64,000 nucleotides of DNA from positions 4,445-68,444 of the IMG/VR virus record IMGVR_UViG_3300037467_002149. One strand, written 5' to 3'. The stretch's first letter is position 1. The number at the start of each line of letters is the position of its first letter. Under the pieces are notes generated by a model. The model saw only the letters and a program-made list of their open reading frames with translations, made no database searches and had not been told where the DNA came from. The DNA is from a virus. Of the stretch, positions 17,908 to 27,950 are shown piece by piece. The translations under genes and the position numbers were made by a program.

Positions 17908-18329
17908 TGAAATTCCTTAGCGGCGCACTGACGAGGAGCTCGGACTCCTCGCAGGCGTTCAGTCCCGCGACCGCTGCCATTGTTTTCGTGATCGACGGCG
18001 GGGGAGTCGTCATTGCCGCCAACCAGACGGTGGATCTGCCAGATCTACCGGCCGGGGCAACAATCACCGGCTGGACGATCACGGCGGACGTCTCAACCAC
18101 ATCGGTCGTCGACATTCAGCGCTCGACCTACGCGAACTTCCCGGGATCAATTGCGTCAATCGCGGGCACCGACAAGCCGTCGCTCACAACTGCACAAAAA
18201 GCCCAGGACACGACCCTGACAGGCTGGGGCAACGCGACGCTTGCCCAAGGCGATTGCCTCCGCGCCATCGTTTCCTCAAACAATAACGCGAAGCGGATCA
18301 CCGTGACGCTTCGCGTAGCTTGGACCTAG
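17907..18329 (+). CDS. Beta-rich virion accessory protein
   Basis: Coupled to the fibre gene; beta-sandwich-like pattern. Confidence 0.55.
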   Translation: MKFLSGALTRSSDSSQAFSPATAAIVFVIDGGGVVIAANQTVDLPDLPAGATITGWTITADVSTTSVVDIQRSTYANFPGSIASIAGTDKPSLTTAQKAQDTTLTGWGNATLAQGDCLRAIVSSNNNAKRITVTLRVAWT

Positions 18330-18333
18330 GTCA

Positions 18334-19035
18334 GTGGCCGCAACGCGCACCAGTATAGGTGCAATGGCATCCAGCGCGGCGGCAATGACCGTCGCTTACG
18401 GCGCAGGAGCGACCGTGGGGGACGGTGCCTTGCTGCTCGTGGAGACTGCCAACCAGGCGGTTCCAGCGTTGACGGGTTGGACCGTCAAGTTCACTTCTAC
18501 GGGGTTCGGAACTGCGGGTTCCGCGGGCGCTTCGCGGCTGACGGTGCTGCTTAAGGACACCGCGCTCACTTCAGCTGAGATTACCGCTGGCGTGTCACTC
18601 GGCGATAGCGGTGACCATCAGAACGCCGTTCTCATTACGTATAGCGGTGCGGATGGCACGACGCCGATTGTCTGGAGTGGGAATAGTGAGTCCTCGACCG
18701 CGACAACTTCACCCGCAACCGGTTCCATCAGTGTGGCTGTGGGAGACCTTTGTTGGGGGGTCGTGGCCACCGATCGGGACAGTGCTACCGCATCAACAAA
18801 CTCGGCCGTGAATTGGGCGAACCTGACGGGATCGAATAGTTTCATTCTCAACGCCAGCAGTGCAACCGGTGCCGGCGGTGGTCTCATCATTAACGAGATT
18901 GCACCGACCGCGGTCGCGGGCAGCACGGCATTCTCCTGCACGATCACAAGCTCGGCGTGGACGGCCATCGTGATTGTCTTGAAAGCGGCCGTCGTCACTC
19001 AAAAACCGAGGGGCTATGCCGTCATCATCGGCTGA
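18334..19035 (+). CDS. Ala/Ser/Thr-rich virion accessory protein
   Basis: 233-aa track ORF in the structural operon. Confidence 0.55.
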   Translation: MAATRTSIGAMASSAAAMTVAYGAGATVGDGALLLVETANQAVPALTGWTVKFTSTGFGTAGSAGASRLTVLLKDTALTSAEITAGVSLGDSGDHQNAVLITYSGADGTTPIVWSGNSESSTATTSPATGSISVAVGDLCWGVVATDRDSATASTNSAVNWANLTGSNSFILNASSATGAGGGLIINEIAPTAVAGSTAFSCTITSSAWTAIVIVLKAAVVTQKPRGYAVIIG

Positions 19036-19117
19036 CAACCACTCCGGTGGAACCCTGATTTCCTAGAACGAGCAGCGGTTGCCGGGGAAAGAACCGGGCT
19101 CCCACAGGAGCTCCGCG

Positions 19118-19447
19118 TTGAACATCATTCCTGACATCGTCGACGACAACGGCGATATCCAGCTGCACGGCCGGCAGGGTGTCGTCATTGCGGTGAGTTT
19201 CGTGGACGACAACGACCTCCCCCGCGACATGACGGGTGTCAACGTCACGTTCGAGTGTGGAACGGGCATTAACAAGACGCTGACCGCCGGTGGGACAACC
19301 GACGAGCTGCTGCTCGAGCTCACGAACGCCGACATTAAACTCATCTACGGCCAGTCAAACAAGGACTTCGTTGTCATGGATAATACCGCGCCCGAGCCAA
19401 CGCCGCTCTGGGTGGGAACCGTCTACATTTTCGGGTGGATAGAATGA
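19118..19447 (+). CDS. Small beta-rich (BppU-N/Ig-like) virion protein, copy 2
   Basis: TTG start after AGGAG; SFVDDNDLPRDMTGVNVTF; paralogue of 16024..16347. Confidence 0.55.
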   Translation: MNIIPDIVDDNGDIQLHGRQGVVIAVSFVDDNDLPRDMTGVNVTFECGTGINKTLTAGGTTDELLLELTNADIKLIYGQSNKDFVVMDNTAPEPTPLWVGTVYIFGWIE

Positions 19448-20754
19448 GCCGCTTCCGGGTCGTACTTGGACCGTCCTCGAAGCCTCTTAAGGTCGTTAAG
19501 GTCGCCTCGTCGCTACAGGCGCTCACTTTGAGCGCCAATTCGATTGTCGAGAACTCGCCGGCCGGAACGGTAGTCGGCGCTATCCTGAACACCACATCCT
19601 CGTCCGTCGTCAGCATGGCCCCCGGCGCCGACGGAGGTGGTCGTTTTACAGCGTCACTGATCGGTGGTGTTTGGAAGCTCGTCACGACAGCAACTCCAAC
19701 CGACTTTGAGACGGCGACGAGCCACTCGATCGGTCTTGTCGAGACGAAAACGGGCGTGAGCGGGTCGCCCAAGACGACGTCCGGTCTGATCGTCAACGTC
19801 ACCAACGTCAATGAACAACCAAACCTGGCGGCTCTCACGGGTTCACTGAGCGTTCCTGAGAACGCCGCGAACACCACGGTCGTCGGAACCCCAACCGGAT
19901 ACACGGCGGGTTCGACCAAGAGCCTTTCCGACAATGCTGGTGGTCGCTTCGCGATCAACGCATCGACCGGACAGATCACCGTCGCGAATGGATCGCTGCT
20001 CAACTACGAAGCAGCGACCAGCCACAATGTAACGATCGTCGAGACACTCGCGGACAGCGCCAACTCGCCGCGCTCAACGACGCTCTCGATCGCCGTCTCC
20101 AATCTGAACGATACGTCACCGACGGCCTTTTCGTTCACCGACGTCAGTAGTGTCCCACTGAGTACGCTTGAGACGTCGAACACGATCACGATTGCAGGTC
20201 TGGGCGCCAGCGACAGCGCTACCGCGTCGCTGAGCGGCGACGCATCCAGCCAGCTGCAGAAGAATGGCGGGGCTTGGGTGAGCGGACCGGTCACAGTGGT
20301 GAACGGAGATACGCTTGCGGTTCGGCACACATCGTCGGCAAGTGCGAGTACGGCGGTCAACACGACGCTCACCGTCGGCTCGACGAGCGACACATTTACT
20401 TCGACTACGACTTCGGCGGCATTGCCTGCACCGACCGGCGCGGCGAGCTTCATGGACGGCTCCGGAAATACGGTCACGGCACCGATCGTAGGTCAACCGC
20501 TGTTCATCAACCCGGGTCCGTTCAGCAACTCGCCGACGAGCTACGACTTTCAGATTTACGCCGACGGAGTCGCGATCGCTGACGCGGGGGCCTCTGGCAC
20601 CTTCACGGCTTCCGGCGAACGGAATTTTACCCCCGGTGACAATCTCATTGGCAAGCAACTTGTGGTGAAATGCCACGGGATCAGCGGTGCCGGAACGTCA
20701 CTGACCACCAGCGACAGCGCCGCAACGACGGCCGTCGCGGACATCGTCCTGTGA
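19444..20754 (+). CDS. Cadherin/Ig-repeat protein
   Basis: ENSPAGTVVG...GGGRF...TDFETATSHSI...VTNVNEQP and VPENAANTTVVG...GGRFAINASTGQITV...LNYEAATSHNVT...VSNLND: two cadherin-type repeats followed by further Ig-like domains. Confidence 0.8.
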   Translation: MSRFRVVLGPSSKPLKVVKVASSLQALTLSANSIVENSPAGTVVGAILNTTSSSVVSMAPGADGGGRFTASLIGGVWKLVTTATPTDFETATSHSIGLVETKTGVSGSPKTTSGLIVNVTNVNEQPNLAALTGSLSVPENAANTTVVGTPTGYTAGSTKSLSDNAGGRFAINASTGQITVANGSLLNYEAATSHNVTIVETLADSANSPRSTTLSIAVSNLNDTSPTAFSFTDVSSVPLSTLETSNTITIAGLGASDSATASLSGDASSQLQKNGGAWVSGPVTVVNGDTLAVRHTSSASASTAVNTTLTVGSTSDTFTSTTTSAALPAPTGAASFMDGSGNTVTAPIVGQPLFINPGPFSNSPTSYDFQIYADGVAIADAGASGTFTASGERNFTPGDNLIGKQLVVKCHGISGAGTSLTTSDSAATTAVADIVL

Positions 20755-20762
20755 GGATACCC

Positions 20763-21737
20763 ATGAAGAAGCTCCTCTCCCTTCTCCTGACCCTCCTGCT
20801 CGGGCTGCAAATCCCAGCGTCCGTGACGGCACAGGAAACGCCCGTCATCGCGCGAACCTCGGCGTCAGGCACGTCACCGTACACGATTACGACGTCACTG
20901 CAGTCGAAGACCTACTCCGGCTACTCGCTACGCCGGCAGATTTCGAGCGACGGCAGCTTTGCCCCGGCTTCGCTGCTCTACGATGGTCGTCTGATCCTGA
21001 CCGAACGGGTCATGGCTGGAACGGTCGCGCCCGACTGGTTGAAGGCCGTCCCGCCGCTTCCCAACCTGTCGGGCACTCCCAACTATTACGAGCGCCAGCG
21101 GATCGAGGCGCAGACGCCGCTCGGCCTTCCGCGCTTCTCGGCATGGTCGAATACGATTTCCAAGACCGATGCGGTCGCGGCGATCGTCCTCAACTCAGCC
21201 GATATGTCGTCGGGGATGGTTCTCACCAATGGGAACCTGACCGTCCGATGCAATAGCTGTGCGTCCCCGGCAAGCATCCGTGCAACGCGCGGCCTGTCGA
21301 GCGGTAAGGGCTATTGGGAAGTCCACATCGACACCCTGAACAGTGGCAACCTCTCGATTGGTGCTGCTGACAGCACGCAATCGCTGGCCGCATGGTGGGG
21401 CAACAGCGGCACGACCCTTCATGGCGTTGGAACTTTTTCGGGCCAGATCAACGGCTGGTCGACATACCCCGCAGGGCCAACCTACGCGGCTAGCAACACC
21501 CTCGGCATCGCGGTCGATGCGACGGCCAAAAAGTTCTGGATCACGAAGGACGGCTCCACCTGGTTTCCGAGCGGCGGCAATCCCGCGACCGGGACCGGCG
21601 GTTATTCGATCAGCGGCATCAACACGCCGATCATCCCCGGTGTGCAGATGGAGACTTTCAACGCCCAGGTGACGTTCAACTTCGGCGGCAGCGCCTTCGC
21701 CTTCACCGTACCAACAGGATTTGGACCCATCCCATGA
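20763..21737 (+). CDS. Signal-peptide protein with C-terminal SPRY/B30.2-like domain
   Basis: MKKLLSLLLTLLLGLQIPASVTAQ; LTNGNLTV..SIRAT..GKGYWEV..IG..TLGIAVD..KFW..FNFG. Confidence 0.75.
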   Translation: MKKLLSLLLTLLLGLQIPASVTAQETPVIARTSASGTSPYTITTSLQSKTYSGYSLRRQISSDGSFAPASLLYDGRLILTERVMAGTVAPDWLKAVPPLPNLSGTPNYYERQRIEAQTPLGLPRFSAWSNTISKTDAVAAIVLNSADMSSGMVLTNGNLTVRCNSCASPASIRATRGLSSGKGYWEVHIDTLNSGNLSIGAADSTQSLAAWWGNSGTTLHGVGTFSGQINGWSTYPAGPTYAASNTLGIAVDATAKKFWITKDGSTWFPSGGNPATGTGGYSISGINTPIIPGVQMETFNAQVTFNFGGSAFAFTVPTGFGPIP

Positions 21738-23503
21738 AGATGTTGAAGAAAGCCCTCTTTGGCCTCGCCTTGCTGTGTGCGCTGACGGTCAATGTCGAGC
21801 GCAACGCAGTCACCCATGTTCCGCATGTGACCATCGGCGCCGCGGCTCAGGCGGTCGAACTGAACACCGATCCGGGTTTCGACAATCCCTCGGCGTACAT
21901 GAAAGACCCTTCGAGCCCGAACCTGTGGGACGTTTCGGGCTCGAAGGCCAACGGCAACGGCGCGACGGCGATGCAGATGCTGATGCAGATGAACGCCGGC
22001 ATCAAAGAGGGACATCATTACCTCATCACCGGCGATATGTCGGGGCGCACCGCAGGGACGCTGGAGATTGGGCTTGGCCTGACCATGAGCGGGACGGCGA
22101 CGTTCGTTCCGCTCACTGCGCCGGTAACACCGATCGCCGATCCCTTCACCACATCGCTGGGGCTGACGACTGCCACGGCAGGCGCCCACGACGACGTTCG
22201 CGCCGCCTTCCGAATGCTGTGTTCTGCAGGCCCTCACGCTCCGATCGATCCGGTCGTCTATCGGGCCCTGAAGGGGCGGTCCCACATGCACCGCTTCTTC
22301 GGCTATACGGGCGTCACCGCCGACACCGACTATGCACAGCAGCGCTCTGCCAGGGGGATGACGACCTGTGGCAGCACCGACCCAGCTCACCCGCTCCAGA
22401 AGTCGCTCTACTGGCACCCCGACATGCTGGACGGGCTCGGCAACAGCATTCAGCCGAACATCTACAATCTCTACTACAAGCAGTGGTCGCAGAATAATCC
22501 CGAGTGCAACACGCCGGGATCGACCAACTACATGCCCGGCGCTGGCGGCGCCTGTGTCAACATCCCGACCGCCCTTAAAGAGATCATCGGCTACGACTTC
22601 TCGAACGGAACGGGAGGACCGGGCTCCACTCCGATCATGCATTGGGAGTGCTGGAACTACTCGAGCGGCAGCCTCACCATTCAAGGCCCCTTCAACAACC
22701 TAAAGGATCTGTTCGCAAGCGGCTCGTCGCCGTGCCCGTATAACGTAGACCCGACGAAAAACAGCATGGTGGGAATGTTCTTCGTCTTCCCGACGTGCTG
22801 GGATGGCGTAAATCTCGACACATCCAATCATCGGTCGCACCTGACATGGCCGACGATCCCCAAGCCGATCGGCTACAGCGCCTGCCCCGACAGTCACCCC
22901 TACGTCGTGCCGTCGATCGAGATCCAAATTTACTGGGAAGTCGATCCGCAGCTGGTGGCCGGCAAATGGTGTCTGTCTTCCGACCAAATGGTTGACGGGA
23001 TTTGCAATCCTTCGTCCGGCAACTTCAATCCCGGAAAGACCTTCCACAGCGATTACATGATGGGCTGGTCGCCTGTCGCGATCCAGAAGATGTTCGACTA
23101 TTGCTTTGGCAATTGGCTGACCTGCGCTGGCGGTGCGCTTGGCGATGGGAATGGCCTGAAGGGCGGTGACCAGACGGCAACGACCGGCCAGCTCGGCGGC
23201 GGTCCTGACGGCCACCCGATCAACGCGCTGCGCTATGAGCCGACCTCGAACGCCGGCCTCAGTGCCCCAATCACGGCGAATGGTTCGTTCGCGGTTGAGG
23301 TTACGGCGGCTGCTAGTGGGCACTTTGAGCTCATCGGCGTCGACGGGTTCAACGGAGCCGTGGACAATCTTTCGGTCACCGAGATCCCGAGCGGGAAGAA
23401 GGGTCCGGTCGTAATCACGTCCACTGGCGGCATGGCGATGAACGACAATCAACTGCCGGGCGTGGCTCCGATCAGCTTCAACCTGGCAGCGGGGATGAAC
23501 TGA
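21734..23503 (+). CDS. Signal-peptide DUF1996-domain protein
   Basis: MKMLKKALFGLALLCAL; DPVVY..SHMHRFFG, SLYWHP, FPTCWDGVNLD..HRSH, CPDSHPY..P, FHSDYMMGW. Confidence 0.8.
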   Translation: MKMLKKALFGLALLCALTVNVERNAVTHVPHVTIGAAAQAVELNTDPGFDNPSAYMKDPSSPNLWDVSGSKANGNGATAMQMLMQMNAGIKEGHHYLITGDMSGRTAGTLEIGLGLTMSGTATFVPLTAPVTPIADPFTTSLGLTTATAGAHDDVRAAFRMLCSAGPHAPIDPVVYRALKGRSHMHRFFGYTGVTADTDYAQQRSARGMTTCGSTDPAHPLQKSLYWHPDMLDGLGNSIQPNIYNLYYKQWSQNNPECNTPGSTNYMPGAGGACVNIPTALKEIIGYDFSNGTGGPGSTPIMHWECWNYSSGSLTIQGPFNNLKDLFASGSSPCPYNVDPTKNSMVGMFFVFPTCWDGVNLDTSNHRSHLTWPTIPKPIGYSACPDSHPYVVPSIEIQIYWEVDPQLVAGKWCLSSDQMVDGICNPSSGNFNPGKTFHSDYMMGWSPVAIQKMFDYCFGNWLTCAGGALGDGNGLKGGDQTATTGQLGGGPDGHPINALRYEPTSNAGLSAPITANGSFAVEVTAAASGHFELIGVDGFNGAVDNLSVTEIPSGKKGPVVITSTGGMAMNDNQLPGVAPISFNLAAGMN

Positions 23504-24426
23504 CGGGCGATCTTGCACGTCACGACAAGTAGATCCCGCCAAGACGTCAGTGATGTCGGACCCGACGCGACGGCCCGCACGCCGCACCAAATCGCGGTGG
23601 CGGGCCGACCGTGTTCCAGCGCGTTCCACGCCGCGGCGCGCAAGAGGTTCTGGACGTGCATCTGAGAAGCTGCAGCGCCGCGACCGATCACTTTGGGTTC
23701 GGGCGGTTCTCCGCGATCAAGCGCGTCAGTACCAGTGGCCAGGCGTTGTCGTTGAAATGCGCGTGCCTGTTCTTCGTAGAAGACGTTGAGCTGCGGTCCG
23801 TCCGAATGCGTGATCGAGGCATCGTGCAGCCGGTAGCGGTATGCAGGCGTGTGGTCGTACCAGACACGGCATTGCTCGCCGATACGTAGCTGCATGTCCA
23901 CGTCTTCCCCCGTTCGAAAGTATGCCCGAGCGGGGAGTTTTTTCAGCACGGAAGAGCGTATGGCGAACGCGCAAAAGTGCGTCCTGGTCTCACCGCGCCG
24001 GAGCTCCTCGGTGATCTCCTCCGCAGCCTTCCCGGTAAACAGCGGGACGCGGAAGCGCCCCTTGCCGTTCATCGCCGAAAAGCCGCCGCAGATCGCCCCG
24101 AACTCCGGATTAGTACGAAGCCATGACGCCTGTCTGGCAATGCGGTCGGGTTCATAAAGGTCGTCTGCGTCGCAGCGCATGAGGATGTCACCGATCGCCG
24201 CTTCGATCGCTAGGTTGAGTGCAGCCGCGATCCCCTGACACGGGCCATCAATCACGCGGATCCGCGAGTCACCAATGGCCTCGATGATGGCGCGAGAGTT
24301 ATCGGTCGATCCATCGTCCACGACAATTACCTCGAGCGGAACGGATCGTTCCTCGAGGATGCTGAGTAGTGAGGAATGAACGAACGACGCGGCGTTCCGC
24401 ATCGGCATGAGCACGCTTACGAGCAA
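23449..24426 (-). CDS. Glycosyltransferase family 2
   Basis: VSVLMPMRN, EVIVVDDGSTD, GIAAALNLAI, RCDADD (DxD), GEDVDM. Confidence 0.9.
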   Translation of the reverse strand: MLVSVLMPMRNAASFVHSSLLSILEERSVPLEVIVVDDGSTDNSRAIIEAIGDSRIRVIDGPCQGIAAALNLAIEAAIGDILMRCDADDLYEPDRIARQASWLRTNPEFGAICGGFSAMNGKGRFRVPLFTGKAAEEITEELRRGETRTHFCAFAIRSSVLKKLPARAYFRTGEDVDMQLRIGEQCRVWYDHTPAYRYRLHDASITHSDGPQLNVFYEEQARAFQRQRLATGTDALDRGEPPEPKVIGRGAAASQMHVQNLLRAAAWNALEHGRPATAIWCGVRAVASGPTSLTSWRDLLVVTCKIARQFIPAARLKLIGATPGS

Positions 24427-24564
24427 ACTCGACCCCTGTTAACGCAACACCGAGCCCCCGTTTATTAACGGACGTTCACAAATTTGCAACGGTCGGCGCG
24501 GTGAACAGCGGTTGACGGGTCTTTCCTCGTAGCGCGCGCCAGCCGACGCGTAGGCGCTCTGGGC

Positions 24565-25710
24565 ATGAAGCGCCTCCAGCTTACTCCGGAACTGCAGCGG
24601 CTGATCAAGGCTCGCGTCGGTGAAGACGTGAACCTCGAAGGCATCGCTGTGTTCGAGAGCATCTCACTCAACAACAAGCCGTTGCCGGGGAAGAAGGGGA
24701 CGCTCTGGGAAGGCGCAGTCGCGACCCCGCTGACGCTTCGCCAGATCTCGGACTACCTCCAGGCAGGCAATCACATCCCGCTGCAGCTCGATCATGACCT
24801 GCGCGAACTTCCCACTGGACGTGTGTTCGATGCCGGCCTCGACTACGCCGAGGACGGCAGCTTTGAGCTTCGCACGCTCTTCTATCTTGACGCGAGCGAG
24901 GCTGACCTCGCTGACAAGATCGACAAGGGCATCATCGACGAGGTTTCGATCTCGTTCCTGCCGACCTCGTATCTCTGCTCCGAATGCGGCTGGGATTATC
25001 TCGGTGAGGACGCATCGATCCTGAACCTGATCGATCGCACCTGCGCCAACGATCACACGGTCGGCACGGATGGGGTCCATGTGAATATGACTGGGCTCGC
25101 CGATCTCATCGAGCTGAGCCTGGTTGCCCGCGGTGCAGCCTCAAATCCTAAAATTGTCGGCCGCTCAGCGTCAAAGCTCGCGCCTGCACCCGCACAGCGG
25201 CTCGCCGCCCGGGGTTTCGAAATCGACCGCCTGGTCTGCCAGGCATCAAGAGGAGAAGACCAAGTGGACGTTTCCAAGCTGACGGCAGATCTCATCGACG
25301 CGAAGACGAAAGTCGGCGTGCTCGAGGCGGCTGCTGCAACCCATGAAACCGCGCTGACCGCCGCGAACACGCGCGCCACCGAGCTTCAGACGCAGCTCAG
25401 CGCCGCGCAGGAGAGCGTGACCCGTCTCGAGGCCGAGCTCGCGACCGCCCAGGGCGCGAGCAAGGCCGACGAAGCTACGGCTGCCGTTGCGTGGCTCACC
25501 GCCTCGCTGACGAAGCTGCTCACCGCAGCGAAGAAGCCCGTCGAAAACCTGCCAACCGACGTCGCGGCGCTCACGGCGGCGATCGACGCCGAGACCAAAG
25601 GGCTCACGGCACTCATTCCTCCGGGAGGCGCCTCCGAAGCGGGCCTCGAGGATACCACCGAGGCGAAACCGGCCGCAGCCCTGTCCGCCTTCAAGACCCA
25701 CCGTCGATAA
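24565..25710 (+). CDS. Prohead protease with C-terminal scaffold-like coiled coil
   Basis: HDL..LPTGRVF, EVSISF and ELSLVARGA fit HK97-type proteases; Ala-rich helical tail; lies upstream of the capsid gene. Confidence 0.7.
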   Translation: MKRLQLTPELQRLIKARVGEDVNLEGIAVFESISLNNKPLPGKKGTLWEGAVATPLTLRQISDYLQAGNHIPLQLDHDLRELPTGRVFDAGLDYAEDGSFELRTLFYLDASEADLADKIDKGIIDEVSISFLPTSYLCSECGWDYLGEDASILNLIDRTCANDHTVGTDGVHVNMTGLADLIELSLVARGAASNPKIVGRSASKLAPAPAQRLAARGFEIDRLVCQASRGEDQVDVSKLTADLIDAKTKVGVLEAAAATHETALTAANTRATELQTQLSAAQESVTRLEAELATAQGASKADEATAAVAWLTASLTKLLTAAKKPVENLPTDVAALTAAIDAETKGLTALIPPGGASEAGLEDTTEAKPAAALSAFKTHRR

Positions 25711-25725
25711 GGGAGACCCTCGACA

Positions 25726-26166
25726 ATGACTTACGATCCGCGAAAGGTAGTCTCGTACGGTTTCCCGCTCGACGACTTCATTTTCACCTACAACATCAGC
25801 GGCGCGGTCGCGCAGACTGACCTTGGCAAGGCAGTCACGCTCGACGCGACTGCGGACTCCTCGATGAAGCTTGCCGGTGACGGCGATCCCATCGACGGTC
25901 GTCTGCTCACTTACGAGGACCGCTCGCAGCAAGGCGCCGGCAAGACCGGTGCAGTCGCGCGCAGGTTCAAGGAGCTGCTGCCGATCAAGGCTGGCCTAGC
26001 CGGGTTCAACGTCGTTGCCCGTGGGGACACGGTCGTCGGCGCTGGCAACGGCGAAGTTCGGGCCTCGAACAACGGCGCTGCCAAGACGCCCGACCACAAG
26101 GTCAACATCGTGGTCGCCCTCGTCACCGTCAGCGGCAGCAACTTCGCTGTTGTTGAGAGCCTGTAA
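25726..26166 (+). CDS. Head decoration protein
   Basis: 146 aa between protease and major capsid; GKAVTL..KLAGDGD pattern. Confidence 0.6.
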   Translation: MTYDPRKVVSYGFPLDDFIFTYNISGAVAQTDLGKAVTLDATADSSMKLAGDGDPIDGRLLTYEDRSQQGAGKTGAVARRFKELLPIKAGLAGFNVVARGDTVVGAGNGEVRASNNGAAKTPDHKVNIVVALVTVSGSNFAVVESL

Positions 26167-26180
26167 GGAGCACCCCTGAA

Positions 26181-27392
26181 ATGAATCCTCTTCTGCTTGA
26201 AATCGCTCGTAACCGTAAGCCGGTCGAGCAGGTGCTGCTTGGCCTCGACAGCGACAATCCGGCCGAAAGCCTCGCCGCCGGCCAGAAGCTGGTCGCGACG
26301 GCGAAGAACGCCGGTCTGTCGATGCGGGACTATTGTCGTCTCGCGATTGACCCGAATGCCGGCGAGTTTAAGGGCTCGGGCTTGAACGGCTACGAGGTCG
26401 CGCTCGCGCACCTTGGTCTGCCGTTCAAGGACGATCTGGACCAGGGCATCGTCCTCCAGGCGGCGTCCGAAACCTTCCAGTTCAAGCCCGGCACGCGCGC
26501 CTTCTTCCCGGAAGTCATCGACGATGTCGTCCAGTGGAAGTATCGCCAGAGCTCGATCGAGAACGTATCGGGCATGCTGGCGAACAGCCGCGGCACGAAC
26601 AGCGTCGAGCTGATCACCCGCGTGGTCGACGACAAGGCCGAGGACTATCAGCAGACCGGTGTGATCGCCGAAGGCGCCCGCATTCCGATCCGTACGCTGA
26701 AGACTGACAGCAAGTCCGTGACGTTCCACAAGTTCGGTGGTGGTTACGAGTTCACCTACGAATTTGAGCGTCGCATCAGCCTCGACATCGTCACGCCCTA
26801 TGCGAACCGTATCGAGCGTGAAGTGCAGATCGGTCAGGTCGGTATCGTCACCGACCTCCTGATCAACGGTGATGGTGTGAACCCGGCAGCGTCGGTCACG
26901 AACGCTTCGGCGCTCGGCTTGCAGTTCACCGGTCATGCCGCGATCTCGGCCGGCCGCATGAATTGGGAAATCTTCCTGAAGTGGTTGATTGCCCGTGCTC
27001 AGGCCGGTGTGCCCATCGACACGGTCCTTGGTAACTGGGACATGTACTTCGAGTGGGAACGCATGTTCGCCACCCCGGCGTACAATGCCGGTGTGACCAT
27101 GGTCGACGTGCTCGCGAAGGCGGGTGTTCAGACTGCGATCGACAACCCCCGGTTCAACCAGAAGGTCTCCTTCGAGGTGTCCTCGGCCGCTCCGGCTTCG
27201 AAGCTCGTGGGCTTCATCAAGGGCGAGACCGTCGAAGAGCTGGTTGAGAACGGTTCGGACATCGAAGAGTCCGTTCGCTCGGTCGAGAACCAGAAGGTCC
27301 GCTACGTGAAGACGAAGAACGCTGGTTACCGCCTGGTCTTCGCCGACACGCGCGACATTCTGAACCTCGATGCGGTTGCGGCTAATCCGTAA
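26181..27392 (+). CDS. Major capsid protein
   Basis: 403 aa, highly biased codons, AGGAG SD, followed by a terminator; AEGARIP and KFGGGYEFTYE are HK97-fold-like. Confidence 0.8.
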   Translation: MNPLLLEIARNRKPVEQVLLGLDSDNPAESLAAGQKLVATAKNAGLSMRDYCRLAIDPNAGEFKGSGLNGYEVALAHLGLPFKDDLDQGIVLQAASETFQFKPGTRAFFPEVIDDVVQWKYRQSSIENVSGMLANSRGTNSVELITRVVDDKAEDYQQTGVIAEGARIPIRTLKTDSKSVTFHKFGGGYEFTYEFERRISLDIVTPYANRIEREVQIGQVGIVTDLLINGDGVNPAASVTNASALGLQFTGHAAISAGRMNWEIFLKWLIARAQAGVPIDTVLGNWDMYFEWERMFATPAYNAGVTMVDVLAKAGVQTAIDNPRFNQKVSFEVSSAAPASKLVGFIKGETVEELVENGSDIEESVRSVENQKVRYVKTKNAGYRLVFADTRDILNLDAVAANP

Positions 27393-27400
27393 TCGGTCGA

Positions 27401-27415
27401 CTGACTTAGTCACTA
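27401..27415. promoter_or_regulatory. Palindromic operator after the capsid stop
   Basis: CTGACTTAGTCACTA. Confidence 0.65.
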
Positions 27416-27416
27416 G

Positions 27417-27453
27417 AAAGCCCCGGGGTTCACACGAGCTCCGGGGCTTTTCT
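27417..27453 (+). terminator. Intrinsic terminator after the major capsid gene
   Basis: AAAGCCCCGG...CCGGGGCTTTTCT. Confidence 0.8.
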
Positions 27454-27524
27454 ATTGGCTACGGTGCACGCCGGTTGCGCCAACCGCAATGGGCGCGACA
27501 CCCCACCTTTGCAAAGGAACCCTC

Positions 27525-27949
<425 letters not shown>

Positions 27950-27950
<1 letters not shown>

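Noticed and set aside
24427-24564. CtrA box from two TTAAC words
   Set aside because: Spacing is far from the TTAA-N7-TTAA consensus.
25911-27413. 500-aa minus-strand ORF
   Set aside because: Antisense shadow of the codon-biased major capsid gene; no motifs.
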